From positions 803,460-867,459 of the forward strand of contig NW_003314286.1 of assembly GCF_000143415.4 (NCBI RefSeq): a stretch of 64,000 bases of DNA. The letters run 5' to 3'. Position 1 is the first letter of the stretch. Each line of letters opens with the position of its first letter. A model generated the notes under the pieces. It saw nothing but the letters and a program-made list of their open reading frames with translations, did no database searches and had not been told where the DNA came from. This DNA comes from Selaginella moellendorffii (Eukaryota; Plantae; Lycopodiophyta). A program made the position numbers and the translations under genes. Shown here in pieces: positions 37,426 to 50,164 of this stretch.

Positions 37426-37782
37426 AAGAACCCTCCGCTCAAGAAGAGGGACTTTCTTTTGCCCTAAGCCCCAAATCCATGAGGCGCATATTCACGCCCA
37501 AAACCGACCTTCCACGTGGCGGCACGTGAGTGGTAGCCATAAGAGGCGAATATTCACTCGAAAGCGCTCGTGCCATTGTAGCGCGGGCTTCTAGGGTTTA
37601 CCGTGTCGTGCAGCAGAAGAAATGGCGCTCTAGAGCAATCGGCTTCGTTTCCTCGCAAGGTATCTATCGATCGCGTCTCTCCTCGGCGCAACCAAAATCG
37701 TGGCCCGCCGGCGCAAATGCGGGGCTTTGAGCTGCTGGAGCGCCCTCGCGATGCCCCCAGCTAAGTCTAGCACCACAGAGCA
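37426..37782. promoter_or_regulatory. Short divergent promoter region (Agenet / SEUSS-like) with tandem G-boxes and a telobox
   Basis: CCACGTGGCGGCACGTG at 37512-37528 and TAGGGTTT at 37592-37599; the two start codons are 357 bp apart. Confidence 0.55.
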
Positions 37783-40421
37783 ATGGCCAGGTACGCACCG
37801 GTGGACGCGCTCCAGCACCAGCTCGGCAAGAACGAAGATTTCTTTCTGGTAGACTCCAATCCCCCGGCGATTTCGGCGCCGAGTTTCTCCTTCCGGGAGG
37901 CCAACGCCTTCCGCTCGGCGCTTAATCCCAGCGACGCCGCCGCCGCCATCTATCACTCCTTGCCAGACGAGTGGTCGGGCACGACAAACGCCGTGCCCGA
38001 TACGCCGCACCAGCAGCAGCAGTGGCTCGCCCAAAACTCCAATCTTTCTGGAGGACCTTTGTGGCCGGGATCGCACGAGAGCTTAGATGGAAGTGGTGGT
38101 GGTAACGACTACGCCCCGGACAAGAAGCCCAGGATAGAAAAACAGGACTCTTTCGACGAGGATCACCATCGCCGCTTGCCGCCAGCGGTGGGACTTCACG
38201 GCTACATAGGTGACGAGAACTTGAGGAAGGTCCAGGCGCTCCAGAGGCAAGGGAGCGCGCTGGAGGCCAACCAGAGGATCATCAACGCCTTGTACAGCTC
38301 CAGGCAGGCTCCAAGCTTGCAAGGAGCGTATCACCAGCTCGATCAACTCAAAGCTCGTCAGCTCACTACCTCGGGACACTTTGTTGATGGAAATCTTTTG
38401 CGGCAGTATGGGATCCAACATCTGGTCGTGGATCCAAGCCACCAGCAGCAGTCACTGTTGGTACGTTACGTAGGAAACAAAAAGAAAAATTTGGTCTCCT
38501 TGTTTGCTAACATATAACTTCCTTTTCGCTGTACCAGCAAGGACACAACTATCAACCTCCTTTCCAGTCAATCAATCATCCAGTCTTTCAAGTACAATAT
38601 CAACAACAAGGAGGAGCAAACCCGTTATACTCTCAGCCAAGGTTGCAAGTGGCTTATGGACTAAAGCCAGAAGGAATCAAGCATCCGTTGTCACTGGCTG
38701 CGTATGCGAAGTGCTCTCAAGTGTTGACTCTCTGCATTCAAGAGCAAAGGCGGAAGCCCAGCGTACGTTTCGTTTCTAGGTTTTGTATCTCTTGCTTCGA
38801 GCTCAATCCACGTTTTTATGTGTGCAGGACAACTCTGTCCAGTTCTGGAGGAATCTCTTTCAAACGTTCTTTGCCGAGAATGCAACGCAGCGCTGGTGTT
38901 TGTCCTGCTATAATTCGTGTCCTGTGGGGCGCCATGCCCAGGGCCTCTTTCCGATGGTGAAAACTTTTGTTGCTTTTACAGTTCGTTTCGTGATACTAAT
39001 AGAGGATCTCTTTCCAGGATCATTGGAAGTGCAATTTGTGCGTGGTGGAACCTGGTCGTGGATTCGGTATGTTGCTCACCTTTCGCAGTAAAGCGTTTTT
39101 ACGATTTTTGTGTTTTCTTTATCATACACGCAGAGGCTGGCGTGGATGTTCTTCCGAGGCTTTTCAAGATCAAGTTCGATAGTGGACTGCTTGAGGAGCT
39201 GTTCTTCTTGGAACTCCCGGACGAGTAATTTTATTTTGCGATGAGTGCAGTGGAGTAACAGATTGTTTCAGGAGGTATGCTTTATCATCAGGATTCGCAG
39301 TTTTCGAGTATGCTAGAGCAGTTCACGAATCCTCTTTCCCGGAAGTCAGGGTAACGCTCGTGATTGTTTTATATATACATTTTGATCAAGCAATCCGCTC
39401 TGCAGATAGTCAAACATGGGCGACTCCGAGTGACATTCAACCATATGTTTAAGGCAAGTGACTGGCTTTGATTATCCCTGTTATAAATTTCTCATCGCAG
39501 ATATGCTCATGGGAGTTTTGTACAAAGTCACACGAAGAGGTGGTACCCCGCAAGAATCTCCTCCAGCAGGTTACATCGCGATGCATAGATTTTCTTTTCT
39601 TTCTCTCCTTATCATGTTATCCTGCTGGGACAGGTGCATCAACTGTCAAATCTCGTTCACGAGGTCGAGAAGGAAAGCTTTGACGCAAGCGTGGAAAACT
39701 TGAAAAACCATTGCAATGCGTAAGCAAGGCGCCTTTTCTTGACGTATTTCCGGCTCAAACGTTCGTTTGCTTGCATTTTAGATTCCATTTGGCAGCCAAG
39801 CAACTTGCGGTAAAGATAGACGCGCCCTCTGTAAACGACCTCGGATTTTCAAAGCGATACATAAGATGCTTGCAGGTAGGCCGTGAGCATATCAGACACT
39901 TGATCATATTTCCGTGTTTAACAGATAGCAGAGGTGGTCAGCAGCATGGAAGATTTAGTAACCTTCTCGAAGAAAGCAGGCCTGGGTCCAATCGGTCAGT
40001 AGTTCCTTAATTCCTTTCATCCTTATCTTACACATTTTTTGTCGTCGCAGAGAGCCTGGCAAAGTTTCCCAATCTTCGAAAGAGGCCTCTGGACGACTCG
40101 TCGCCGCAGTCCTCCATCACTTATCTTCCATCTCATCCAGACAACAACAGGCTCTCCTCGCCGCCGGCGACACCGTATCATCATCCGCCACCGCCAGAGC
40201 TCCGGGGTCATTATCTTCCAGAGCAGCAGCAGCATTCCTTTAGTTTGCAGCAGCAAGCACAGGACTTCGTGGCCCAAGCGCGTGCAAAATCAGGCTTGCA
40301 GCAGCATCCAAACGCGACCCATTCCTCCATGCGGACGGCGACGGTGCTCTCGGCGGGCCAGCAGAGCTTACCCGGCACCCCGCAGAGCGAGATGAGTGAT
40401 CTTCGGTCCAATGCGAATTAA
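37783..40421 (+). CDS. SEUSS/SEUSS-like transcriptional co-regulator (LIM-domain-binding domain), multi-exon
   Basis: Q-rich N-terminus; DNSVQFWRNLFQTFF..RWCLS, WKCNLC...PGRGFE...VLPRLFKIKFDSG..EELF, GRLRVTF...KICSWEFC..SHEE, VNDLGFSKRYIRCLQIAEVVSSMEDL; stop TAA 40419-40421. Confidence 0.92.
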
Positions 40422-42815
40422 AGGAGAAGAACGAGCGAACAAAAAAACGAAAAAAAAAACCAGTCAAGAAGAACTAGGAGGTAACCTCTATTTGGTTTTC
40501 TACGTTTTGCCTGGCCCGGGGAAATTTTGACGACTATATATGTAATGATCGTTTTGAAGGTTAGATGGGAAATCTGCTATGGTTTCCTTTGAGCAATCTT
40601 ATGTTTCTATAAAAATAACATATTTTATAGTCCGGGCAACTCAAACGCCGCCACGCACTCATGTACTTAATAGATATTTCGATTATTATAACTAGATGCC
40701 GTACGACAACACAAATCGTACGAATCTGGTTGGTCCCCCAAGACAAGGGCAACAGAAAGCGCGCTTTTTCTCCACGAGCGCTGGAAGCTACGGCCCTACG
40801 TGGCGGCTCATACGGTTCCACATCACCCGGTACGAATGGCGAATCACGCATCAAATCAACGATAAAAACATTTTTAATTTGGCCAATAGATAAGGATCCG
40901 GGTGTTTGCTTTTAACTGGTTACTTGACTGACCTATGAGGAAAATGGCATGTGTTGCAAGCTGCAAGGTGGCAACGACCAAAACTTAGCGGCGCATTTGC
41001 GTGGCACGCTTGCATGGCGGGCACATAGCACATTCCGGAAGATGCCCGATTCCCAAATATTCTGGAATATTATCTGTACAGTGGTATATGTATTCTTTTT
41101 TCTTTTTGGTTTTTTCTTCTTTTTGTATATCCTGGAGCCCAGCTCGACTTGTTCTTTCCTCTCTGGTGACTTTGCAAGTTGTGCGTTGTTTTTGGTGTTT
41201 ATACGAATGCGTGGGAAAAGTATGGTGCAGATTTGAGATGCTGGGAAGCTTTCATTTTTGCAAACCAAACAGTGGGGACCTGGACCCATATGCATAGATT
41301 CTAAATGTGCGCTGTAAAATGCTAGTACTTTTTACTTGAATTTTCTACTTATCTATACATTTTGTGTTGTTGGGATATGGCCGCAAAGGTTGAGACTTTC
41401 AATTTCTCCATCGCAAATCGATGAGAAGTTTCCTAGTTTCAGACAAACTTGCTTTTCAATGCTCGTGTGTATATGTATTATATTCTCACGTATGGTATAT
41501 CTTTATACACAAAATGATCTAAGCGCCGACACAGGAGTCCCTGTCTCGGGCAGCCACCTTGGAACTTTGATGATGTAGAGAGATTGACCACTGCGTATGA
41601 TCACTGCTGGAGCCTCTGCATCAGTGATCGTGCCAAACCTGATTTTCCCAAAAACGAACCAAACGAGGCGGCAGCTTTCTTCGAAATCAAATATCTCACG
41701 AAACTATATGGCCGCCACTGAAAAATGCCAAGGTGAGACAATTGTTGCATGGAATGCAAGATGCAACAATGGGGGAGTTTGAGTGGGTCTTTTCCAAACG
41801 TATTTTATGGATTTCTTTCTGATATGCCATTATTTGCGGTCACAAAATATTATTAATGTCTTGTTAAGTTTGGCTGGGAGCGGTGACTGATCACCATTAT
41901 ACAAGAATATATGCATTTGTACGCAACGATCTCTCCTCCTCCTCTTGGACGCTTACAACCAAAACAAAAAATCATACCGCCCACCATCGCACTTCTTATT
42001 GTCAAATATATATTTTTTCTAGTAGTGCTTTGTTGCGCCATCACCCAGCCAAGCAAATCGTATGGTCTTTTGCACTTTAAACCTACGTGTCCGTGTGCAT
42101 GGCATCTAAGCCTTGGAAAATCAATTCATCTGGCATACAAGGTTTGAGAATGTTCTACTAATCCAATCAAAAAGACTGTACCACCTTCTGGCTTTTCAGT
42201 CCAATCAATCGCTCCAAAATGTTTAATAGTGTTTATTTCCACCAGAGCGCTCACAACCATCCATCCCTGGGGCATGGGAATCTTTGCCCCTCTCTCACAC
42301 GGCGCATATGCCCTAACAGCGACAAATGATTCCTTCACGTGAACCACTGAAATATCAACCACAGCAAAATTTTGGGGCGGCCGCTCGGACGGAATATTCG
42401 CACCCGATGCTAGGGTTTGTGGGCTGGCACTGACGGACGGAGCCGTCAGTCAGTGGAACGGAGGCCTCCGTGTTGTGGTGTCCCTGTGTAGTATATTGTG
42501 GTGTCCGCATCTTTTCTTTTCTCCCCGTCAAGAACTAGGCAAGAGCTTCGTGCGAAGCTCTTAGCAACCGCCACGGATCATCGATCGATAGGTAAGGGTC
42601 GATATCGATCATCGACGCGAGGGTCTCTCTTCGTGGCGGCAGCGCCGTCTATTTCGCGGCTAGAAGTGATCTCTTGGCAGCCGTTGCGCTAGCTCGATTT
42701 GTCACCGACAATCCCAATCGAGAGCAATCGCGGCTTGGAATCACCGTAATATTTCTTCCTCTCCCCCTTTCTTGTGAGGTCGTGGCGCCGTAGAGCTGGA
42801 GGTGATCGATACAGC

Positions 42816-42905
42816 ATGGTGAAGTTCGTCAAGAAGAAGTCGAGGGTGAGGCGGCCGAGTGCTCGCAAACGCGAGAGCCGCAAGGTTTACAGATAGATGG
42901 AATAA
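42816..42905 (+). promoter_or_regulatory. Candidate tandem upstream ORFs in the CIPK 5' leader
   Basis: ATG 42816 to TAG 42896 ([26 protein letters not shown]), followed immediately by ATG-GAA-TAA at 42897-42905. Confidence 0.5.
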
Positions 42906-42963
42906 TCTGCGCGTTGCCTCGCGATCGATCGCTGGTCGAGGGACAAGAGCAAGGGAGGGAGGG

Positions 42964-45078
42964 ATGGATCCCACCGTAGTGAGGATGGGGCTCAAGAACG
43001 TATCGCCGCCCAGGAAGAGCGCCTCCCCGAGCCGGATTGGCAAGTTCGAGCTGGGGAGGACGCTGGGAGAAGGCACATTTGCCAAGGTGAGGTTTGCGAG
43101 GAACGTCGAGACTGGCGAACACGTTGCCGTCAAGGTGCTTGACAAGGAGAAGATCCTCAAGCACAGGATGGTCGAACAGGTATGCTTTTTTTTTCCTGCT
43201 TTTCTCTTTTTCTGGAACATGTCTGAGCGAGCTTGCGATTTTTTTTCTTTCTTGTGCCACAGATCAAACGAGAAATTTCGACGATGAAGATGGTGAAGCA
43301 CCCAAACATTGTACAGCTTCATGAGGTCGGTGGATGGTCTCTGTCTCTCTCTCTTTCGTTTTTTCTGTTCTGCAAGAGACTAATTCGTTTGGTGGCTCTG
43401 AATTTATGCCAGGTTCTGGCCAGCAAGACGAAAATCTACCTCGTACTCGAGTTCGTTGAAGGTGGTGAGCTCTTTGGCAAAATTGTAAGCACTCGACGGG
43501 CTGACCGACGCTAATCTCTCCCACTGAATCTGCGCTCTTGTGTGTCTCAGGTGAAGCACGGCAGGCTCAAAGAGTCTTATGCCAGGAGGTACTTCCAGCA
43601 GCTTATAAATGCCGTAGATTACTGCCACAGTCTCGGCGTCTACCACCGGGACCTCAAGGTCAGTCAGTGCCTTGTGCATGGAAAAGATCTCGTTTTTGTA
43701 CTGAAGCTCTTTTGGTTTTTCTGTGCAGCCTGAGAATCTGCTCCTAGACTCAAATGGCAATTTGAAGGTGTCCGATTTCGGACTCAGCGCGTTGCCTCAA
43801 CAGTTTCGGGTATGCTGACAAAACTTGCGCTAGCTGGAGATGCATCTTTTGTTTACGTGTTTTTGCTTGCTCAGGCTGACGGCTTGCTGCACACAACATG
43901 TGGGACACCCAACTATGTTGCACCAGAAGTTATTAGCAACAAGGGGTATGATGGTGCTCCAGCGGATTTGTGGTCATGCGGGGTCATTCTTTATGTCCTA
44001 ATGGCCGGGTTCTTGCCGTTCGAGGATTCAAATATTATGAACCTGTACAGAAAGGTAGGCGACGAATTCCCTACTGTTCGACCGCTGACTATCTGGTGTA
44101 GATCTTTCGGGCCGAGTTTAAAGTTCCATCGTGGTTTAGCCCCGGTGTTCGTAAGCTGCTCGCGCAGTTGCTACATCCAAATCCGAAAAAGGTAGGCTCT
44201 GTATTCTCACTACGCATACACAATCCTCATACACGACTCGGTGCTCGGTTATACAGCGCATCACAATACCGCAAATTCTGGAAAACGAATGGTTTAAGAA
44301 GGACTACAAGCCCGCAAAGCTTCACCACGAGGAAGATGTGGTTGTAGGGGACGTGGAGAGCATTTTCAACGAATCAGGGGTACGTTTCCCTGCACTTTTG
44401 TGCTCGAAAGCCGGTCTGATCGTATTTTTCTTGTTGTAGGAGCACACCGGCGCCGGCTCCTCGGCAAAGCCAGGCTTGATCAATGCGTTCGAGCTTATCT
44501 CCATGTCATCGGGACTCGACCTCTCTGGCCTGTTCGAGAAGCAACAGGTAAACCAAACCATTCTCGAGTTTGACAAGCAGGAACTCACGCGAGTATTTTT
44601 ATTCTTGCGCAGGAACCTGTAAAGCAAGAGACTAGATTTACGTCGATGCATTCCGCAAAGGAGATCATCTCGAAGATAGAGGAGACCGCCAAGCCGCTCG
44701 GACTGGATGTCCAACAAAAGCAAAACTTCAAGGTACAAACGAGGCATACAAAATGGTTTTGTTTGGTCTGTGCTTGACCGGTTTTGGCTGCGCCGCCAGA
44801 TGAAGCTACGAAAGTCGAGCTCGCTGGGAAAGAGCTTCTTGTCCATCTCCACGGAGGTGTTTGAAGTGAGCCCGGAACTCTACATGGTGGAGCTGAGGAA
44901 GTCAGAGGGCGACACACTCGAGTACCGCACGGTAAGCAGAGAAGAATTTTAGTTGCCTTTCGTTTTCGGACAGCTGACAGAGGAATCTCTTTGTTGTTTC
45001 GTGTAGTTTTACAAGAGCTTGTCCTCGAGCTTGAAGGACATCATCTGGTCATCAGACGACGATTTGCTGGCGACTTGA
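42964..45078 (+). CDS. CIPK: CBL-interacting Ser/Thr protein kinase (SnRK3), intron-rich clade
   Basis: [46 protein letters not shown]; NAF domain [20 protein letters not shown]; C-terminal [13 protein letters not shown]; stop TGA 45076-45078. Confidence 0.96.
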
Positions 45079-45567
45079 AAGCCACGCTCGGTTCTTTTTT
45101 CGTGTTTTTCATCTTCTTCCTCCTTTTTTTGCGCGAAGGGTCGTCACTTTGTACCATAGCCGGATCGAAAAAAGATCGTCAAAAGATCGTCAAAAGATTC
45201 ATTTTGTCGAGAAAGGAAGATACACACACAACACATATACTGTAAAAAGAGAAAATATATTCCTTTTTTTTCTGACTCCTGTAAAAAGAGAAAGGAAAAA
45301 GCATTATGTTTTTTTTTTCCGACACCTGTAATAAGAGAGGAAAAAACATCATGTTTTTTTTAAGAGGAAAAAAACTATCATTTTTTTTTTCAAGCTTGTC
45401 TCTAGAAACAGCTAAATATTTACAAAAAGAGCCTTGGTTTTCGTCCTTCCCTCTCCGTGTCAAAGTCCTTCAGTCAGGATTAATGTACAAGCTCGTTTTT
45501 TTACTTCTTTACCTCCAAAGCTTTGCCTTGAAGAAGTCTGGACTTCTTACAAACACCGCCACTGCTC

Positions 45568-46797
45568 TCAGCCATCGTCGTCATCTTCACAGTCGTAGTC
45601 GTCTTCTTCCTCGTGGCCCCTCTCGGTGTGCAAATCTAACAGTCCTAACCTCATCTTGTCCGATGGTATTTGCGGCCACTCTTCCTCCTCCTCCGCCGCC
45701 GCCGCCTCCTCTTTCTCTACACCCGCTGCTACTGCCTCTTTCTCCTTCTTCACGTCGCTACACCCTGCTATGTCCCCGTTCTCGTCCAGCCCCATGTTAA
45801 GATCAAAGTCCCGGGGCTGTGACTTCCCAACCTGCGCTTGTCCCTGTCCCTGTTTAGTCGAAGTTGATGTTGTGGTGATCGACGTCGTCGTCTTGGGGCT
45901 CCCTATGTTGCTATCAGTATCGGTGCTACCATCGTTATCCATGTCCGCATCCGCGTCGTCAGATTTGTGGTGAGCTGCTGGTATTTCTAACCTCTCCGGA
46001 ACCACGTCGCCTCTACCGCCAGAGGTTCCGTTCCTACCTCTCCCCCTGCCTCGGCCCCTGCCTCTACCCCTTCCTGCTGTAGTGGACTCCTGCGAAAAAA
46101 ACAAAATTTTTACTCAGTTGGAAGGTTGAAAAAGTAGTTTGGGATCCTGAAGTCTTACCGATTTTGGTCTCTTGACTTCCTCTTCTTCCGAGCCATTGTC
46201 ATCTCCGTCCGAGATTTTCCTACAGCACACACAGCGAGGCATGAGCCGCTGGCCAAAAGAAAATCACCGAAGAAGAAATGGGGGAAACGTAGTTTATACC
46301 TTCGGCGGCTACCATTTCTCTCGTCCGCGGTGTCAGAGCCCATGTCTGGAACCTTGGAAACTATTTCACGAAGAAAATCAAATACGCTATTAGTTTGGAC
46401 ACATTGCTTCCTGCAAGAAAAAAGGATAAGACTGAGAAGGAAAGCAATCTAGTACTTACAAATGAGAAGAACTCATCGTCTTGGCCCCCCTCCCCAGAGT
46501 TATTTCATACGTCTTGTCACAAAGGTCTTGTAAGAAAAGCTCCAGAGCCTTTGCTGCGATTCAAGGCGATGGTAAAACAACTCTAGAAAAAAATTCGAAT
46601 TTTTACTTACAGATCAGCACAGGAGTCGCAAGAGCGATCTTCCCAACTTCCTCGTCTGCTTGCATTATCTTCTTTATCCTTGCCTGAGCAACAAAAGGAA
46701 ACAAACGAGCCCTAGTTAACGGCCAAAGCCAAGGAATCAAAACAAAGAAAAACAAAAATCCTACCGCAGGGAAGCGTGTGTCGAGCTTCTTCCTCAT
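45568..46797 (-). CDS. DRAP1: NC2-alpha / Dr1-associated corepressor (histone-fold, NF-YC11-like), multi-exon
   Basis: MRKKLDTRFPA|ARIKKIMQADEEVGKIALATPVLI...KALELFLQDLCDKTY...KQCVQTNSVFDFLREIVSKVPD; RGRGRG run; DFDLN motif; acidic tail. Confidence 0.93.
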
Positions 46798-47110
46798 CTT
46801 CGCGACCAAAAAGCTGTGCTTAAACTAGTGACAAAGAACCTCTTTGCGGCAGCTCTCTCGCCCAATGCGTGGATCACACCCCCGGCGTCCCCAGCACGGC
46901 CAAACAAAGAACACGAAGAACACGAAGAATCATCGCCCAAACCCTAACCCTAGCTCCCGTTGCTCCAAACAACTGCTATTTTTGAACGCTGTTACCGTCA
47001 GATCATTTACATCAACGGCCAGGGCTAAAGCCGGCCTTTTTTATAAACCGAGGAGAATAGTTTTCTTGGTTTTTAATGTTTCCCGCCAAAGTTTGGGGGA
47101 GCTAGGGTTT
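46798..47110. promoter_or_regulatory. Divergent promoter region with teloboxes
   Basis: AAACCCTAACCCTAG at about 46939-46953 and TAGGGTTT at 47103-47110, between head-to-head ATGs 313 bp apart. Confidence 0.55.
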
Positions 47111-48183
47111 ATGGCTATGGCGGACGATCCAATCCAGGATGTTCTTGTCGAGGCAGGGCAGCGGCAATCTGGGGCTACTGTAGCGGCGCCTATCGAGACG
47201 GAATCGGCCAGCCCTGGAGAAAAGGTCTTGGATGATATCGATGACGGGGTAAGAAGGGATTGAAATTTATTTCTAATGCGGCATTCCCGTTTCAAGAGAG
47301 CGCAAGACGAGGAAGAGTTCAATGGAACATCAGCTGTGCCGCCAGTGGAGCTCGAGAAAGACTCGAGTGAGAATGCGATTGGTGATGATCCAGACGAGGT
47401 GAGAAAGCTTTGTGATCAAAATCGAAGTTCTATAGTTTCCTTCTTTCCAGATTACCGAGAAAGAAGGCGGCAGCGAAGCAGAACAGGTTCCTTCCACTCG
47501 AAAAGGAAAAGAAGAGCAAAGTTTCTGATTGATTCTTATTCTTTAGGAGGATGTCACGAAGGAACAAATGCCCGCAGTAGAGGAAGAAACGAACCGTGAG
47601 CCTGGTGAGTTCTAAGGAAAATAAAATTCTCTCTCACAGGCTTTCTATGACAGATGAATGCATGGAAAGTACTCCGGCAAACGATGGATCCAAGGAAAAG
47701 AACGCCACCAACATCAGTGTTTCATTCCCACTGGCCAGGATCAAAAATATCATCAAGCTCGACAAAGAAATCAAGGTGGTGGCTCGTCCAGCGCTGATGG
47801 CCATCACCCAAGCAGCACAGCAGTTCATCGAGAGCCTAACGTCGATTGCCTTCTCGGAGATGCTCAAAGGCAAGCGCAAGAGTCTCCGGCTCTCACACCT
47901 CGAGGCGGCTGTCAAACGAAAGAGGGAGTTCCTCGACTTCCTGGACGAGTCCATGGACATTTTTGAGGAGAAGAAGGACGACAGTGCCGAAGAAGAAGGA
48001 GAAGAAGAGGAAGAGAACGACGATCCAAAGGCCAAGAGACAGCAGTTTCATCCTCCGCCTCCGGGAACCCGATGCATCACGGATTTCTTTGGCAATCGCC
48101 AAGCTGAGCCATCAGGTGGACAAGCGTCTAGCTCTGGGAGCTATCATCAACAGGACCATCAAGTCGAGTGTGGAGACTACTAA
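47111..48183 (+). CDS. Histone-fold protein of DPB3-2/NF-YC13 type (Pol epsilon / CHRAC small subunit), multi-exon
   Basis: FPLARIKNIIKLDKEI...KRKSLRLSHLEAAVKR..DFL and C-terminal PPPGTRCITDFF resemble Arabidopsis NF-YC13 as I recall it; the acidic N-terminal exons are less certain. Confidence 0.8.
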
Positions 48184-50164
48184 TCGACGTTTACGTGCTG
48201 GTCCAGTGCTGAGAAGTCCTCGAAGAAGAGCTTGAAGTGGCGGTACGAGTAACCAACGTCGTCAACTCCACACATCTCGCGGATGCTGTGCATCGAGAGC
48301 TGGGGAGCGCCAACGTCGACCGTTCGGATGCCAACACCGCTAGCTAAGATTGGCCCGATCGTTGATCCGCAAGCCATATCGTTTCGGACGACGAAATCCT
48401 GCCAGAGAAGAAGAAAAATGTTAGCTTTTCTCACGGTTTTCCCCTGGAAAAAAATTCTTATCACCTGTGTTGGAAGGTCCTGTCGTCTCGCAATCTCCTT
48501 GAAAATAAATGACGTGACTGCGTTTGTGGCGTATCGCTGGTTCGCATTATATTTCACGACGAGGCCTTTGTGCATCTTTGGCTGGTGATTCTCCTCGTGT
48601 TTATCCTGGTCAAGGCGTTTGTTTAGTTCAAAAACATTGTTTTTCCAAGATCCTTACCATATAGTTTGGATGTAAGCAGTGTGCCATATCAGCGGACACT
48701 AGCAGACTTTGCTGGATTGCTTTCTCTACCTGGAAGAGATAACTTCAAGCAAGAGATAAGTGCGAACGAGTTTACTTACGTTCTGGGAGCTTTCCTCTCC
48801 CATGGAGATTGTGATCCGCTTGAGCGCATCCAGCATCACCGGAGAGCCGGCGCCTTGTGCGGAGTTGGATCCGACTTCCTCGTGGTCGAACAGAGCAACC
48901 ATTCGCACGATGGTCTCGTTCTCCAGGGAAGCTTCAGAGGTCGAGTCGATAAGGGCCTGGAGAAAAACGAGTAAGAAAACTGGAAAACAGAGATGGCTTT
49001 TTACCTTCAACGAGCAAAAGGACATGCAAAGATTATCGAGCCTGCCAGAGAAAACAAACTCCTTGAGAGCGCCACCAATGGAGCTGGGCTGGGTGTCACA
49101 GACTTGCAGCTCAAAGTCACAAATATCATCGCTTTCGCAGCCTAGCTCCGAAGAAAGAATCTGAAGACCAGAGTAAACATGAAATTCCTTTGAAGTGTAA
49201 AATACCTTTAGAAGGAGAGAATGATGGTGTGCCTCGGCTTTGCTGTTTGCGTCCTCCGCCACCAAGGCTCCATTTTCATCAGGGAGCGACTTACTCAATT
49301 CATCCTACACAAAAACTATGAAAACAATCATTCACTCCAACATAGAACTTCACCTTTATACAGGAAGCTAAAACTGGAACGAGCTGTGTTTGGGTATTGA
49401 TCTTAAACCCCTCAGAAACAGTCCTGAAAACACGATCCAGCACTCGTTAAGAAAAAGAAGAGGAAAACAAATCGAGCTTTTCGTACTTGTCAAGATGGAT
49501 AGCTAGCGTTGGTATGCGAAGGATTGGCTCCTTGACGTGAACGAGCTCGTGAGAGAAGCCATTTCCACGCCTGACCATAACTCTCCCTGCGACTGTAAGG
49601 TCCCGATCGAACCAGGTATGCCATAAACCACTGCCATACGTCTGGACTCCCAGTTCCAGAAATCCTCCTTTGACAATCTTCCAAGCAAAAAACTAACTTC
49701 ATCAGGGAAGAGAAAAAAATCTACCGGACATGCTAACCTTTGAGCGTGGCTTGAGCTTTGGACACGGACTATCTGTGTGAGCTCCCACGATAGCAAATCC
49801 ACAACCAGGGTAAAACCTGGAAAACAAACAATGAACCAAAACTGGAAAGAAAAAAAAGGAAAAGGTACCTCTTGCCAATAGCAAATGCGACGATAGTGGA
49901 GAAATTCCTCGTGAAATAGTAAGTGCCGCCGGGCAAGAGCGCCCAGGAATCCCTCTCGGACAATTGCGTGAACCCAGCGGCTTCTAGTCTTCGCTTAGCT
50001 TCGGCTGGAGAAGAGAAATGGCAATCAAACGCGCCGGCCAGGCACGAATCGCTAAGTAAAACGATCTTACCGACTGCGTGGAACGGCGTAGGCGCGGCAT
50101 TGAGGAAAGAGATAAAATCCGAAGCAGTTTCCTGAGCTCCCAGAATCGCCGCCTTCATCTCCAT
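48180..50164 (-). CDS. DNPEP: Aspartyl aminopeptidase (peptidase M18), multi-exon
   Basis: [79 protein letters not shown]. Confidence 0.96.
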
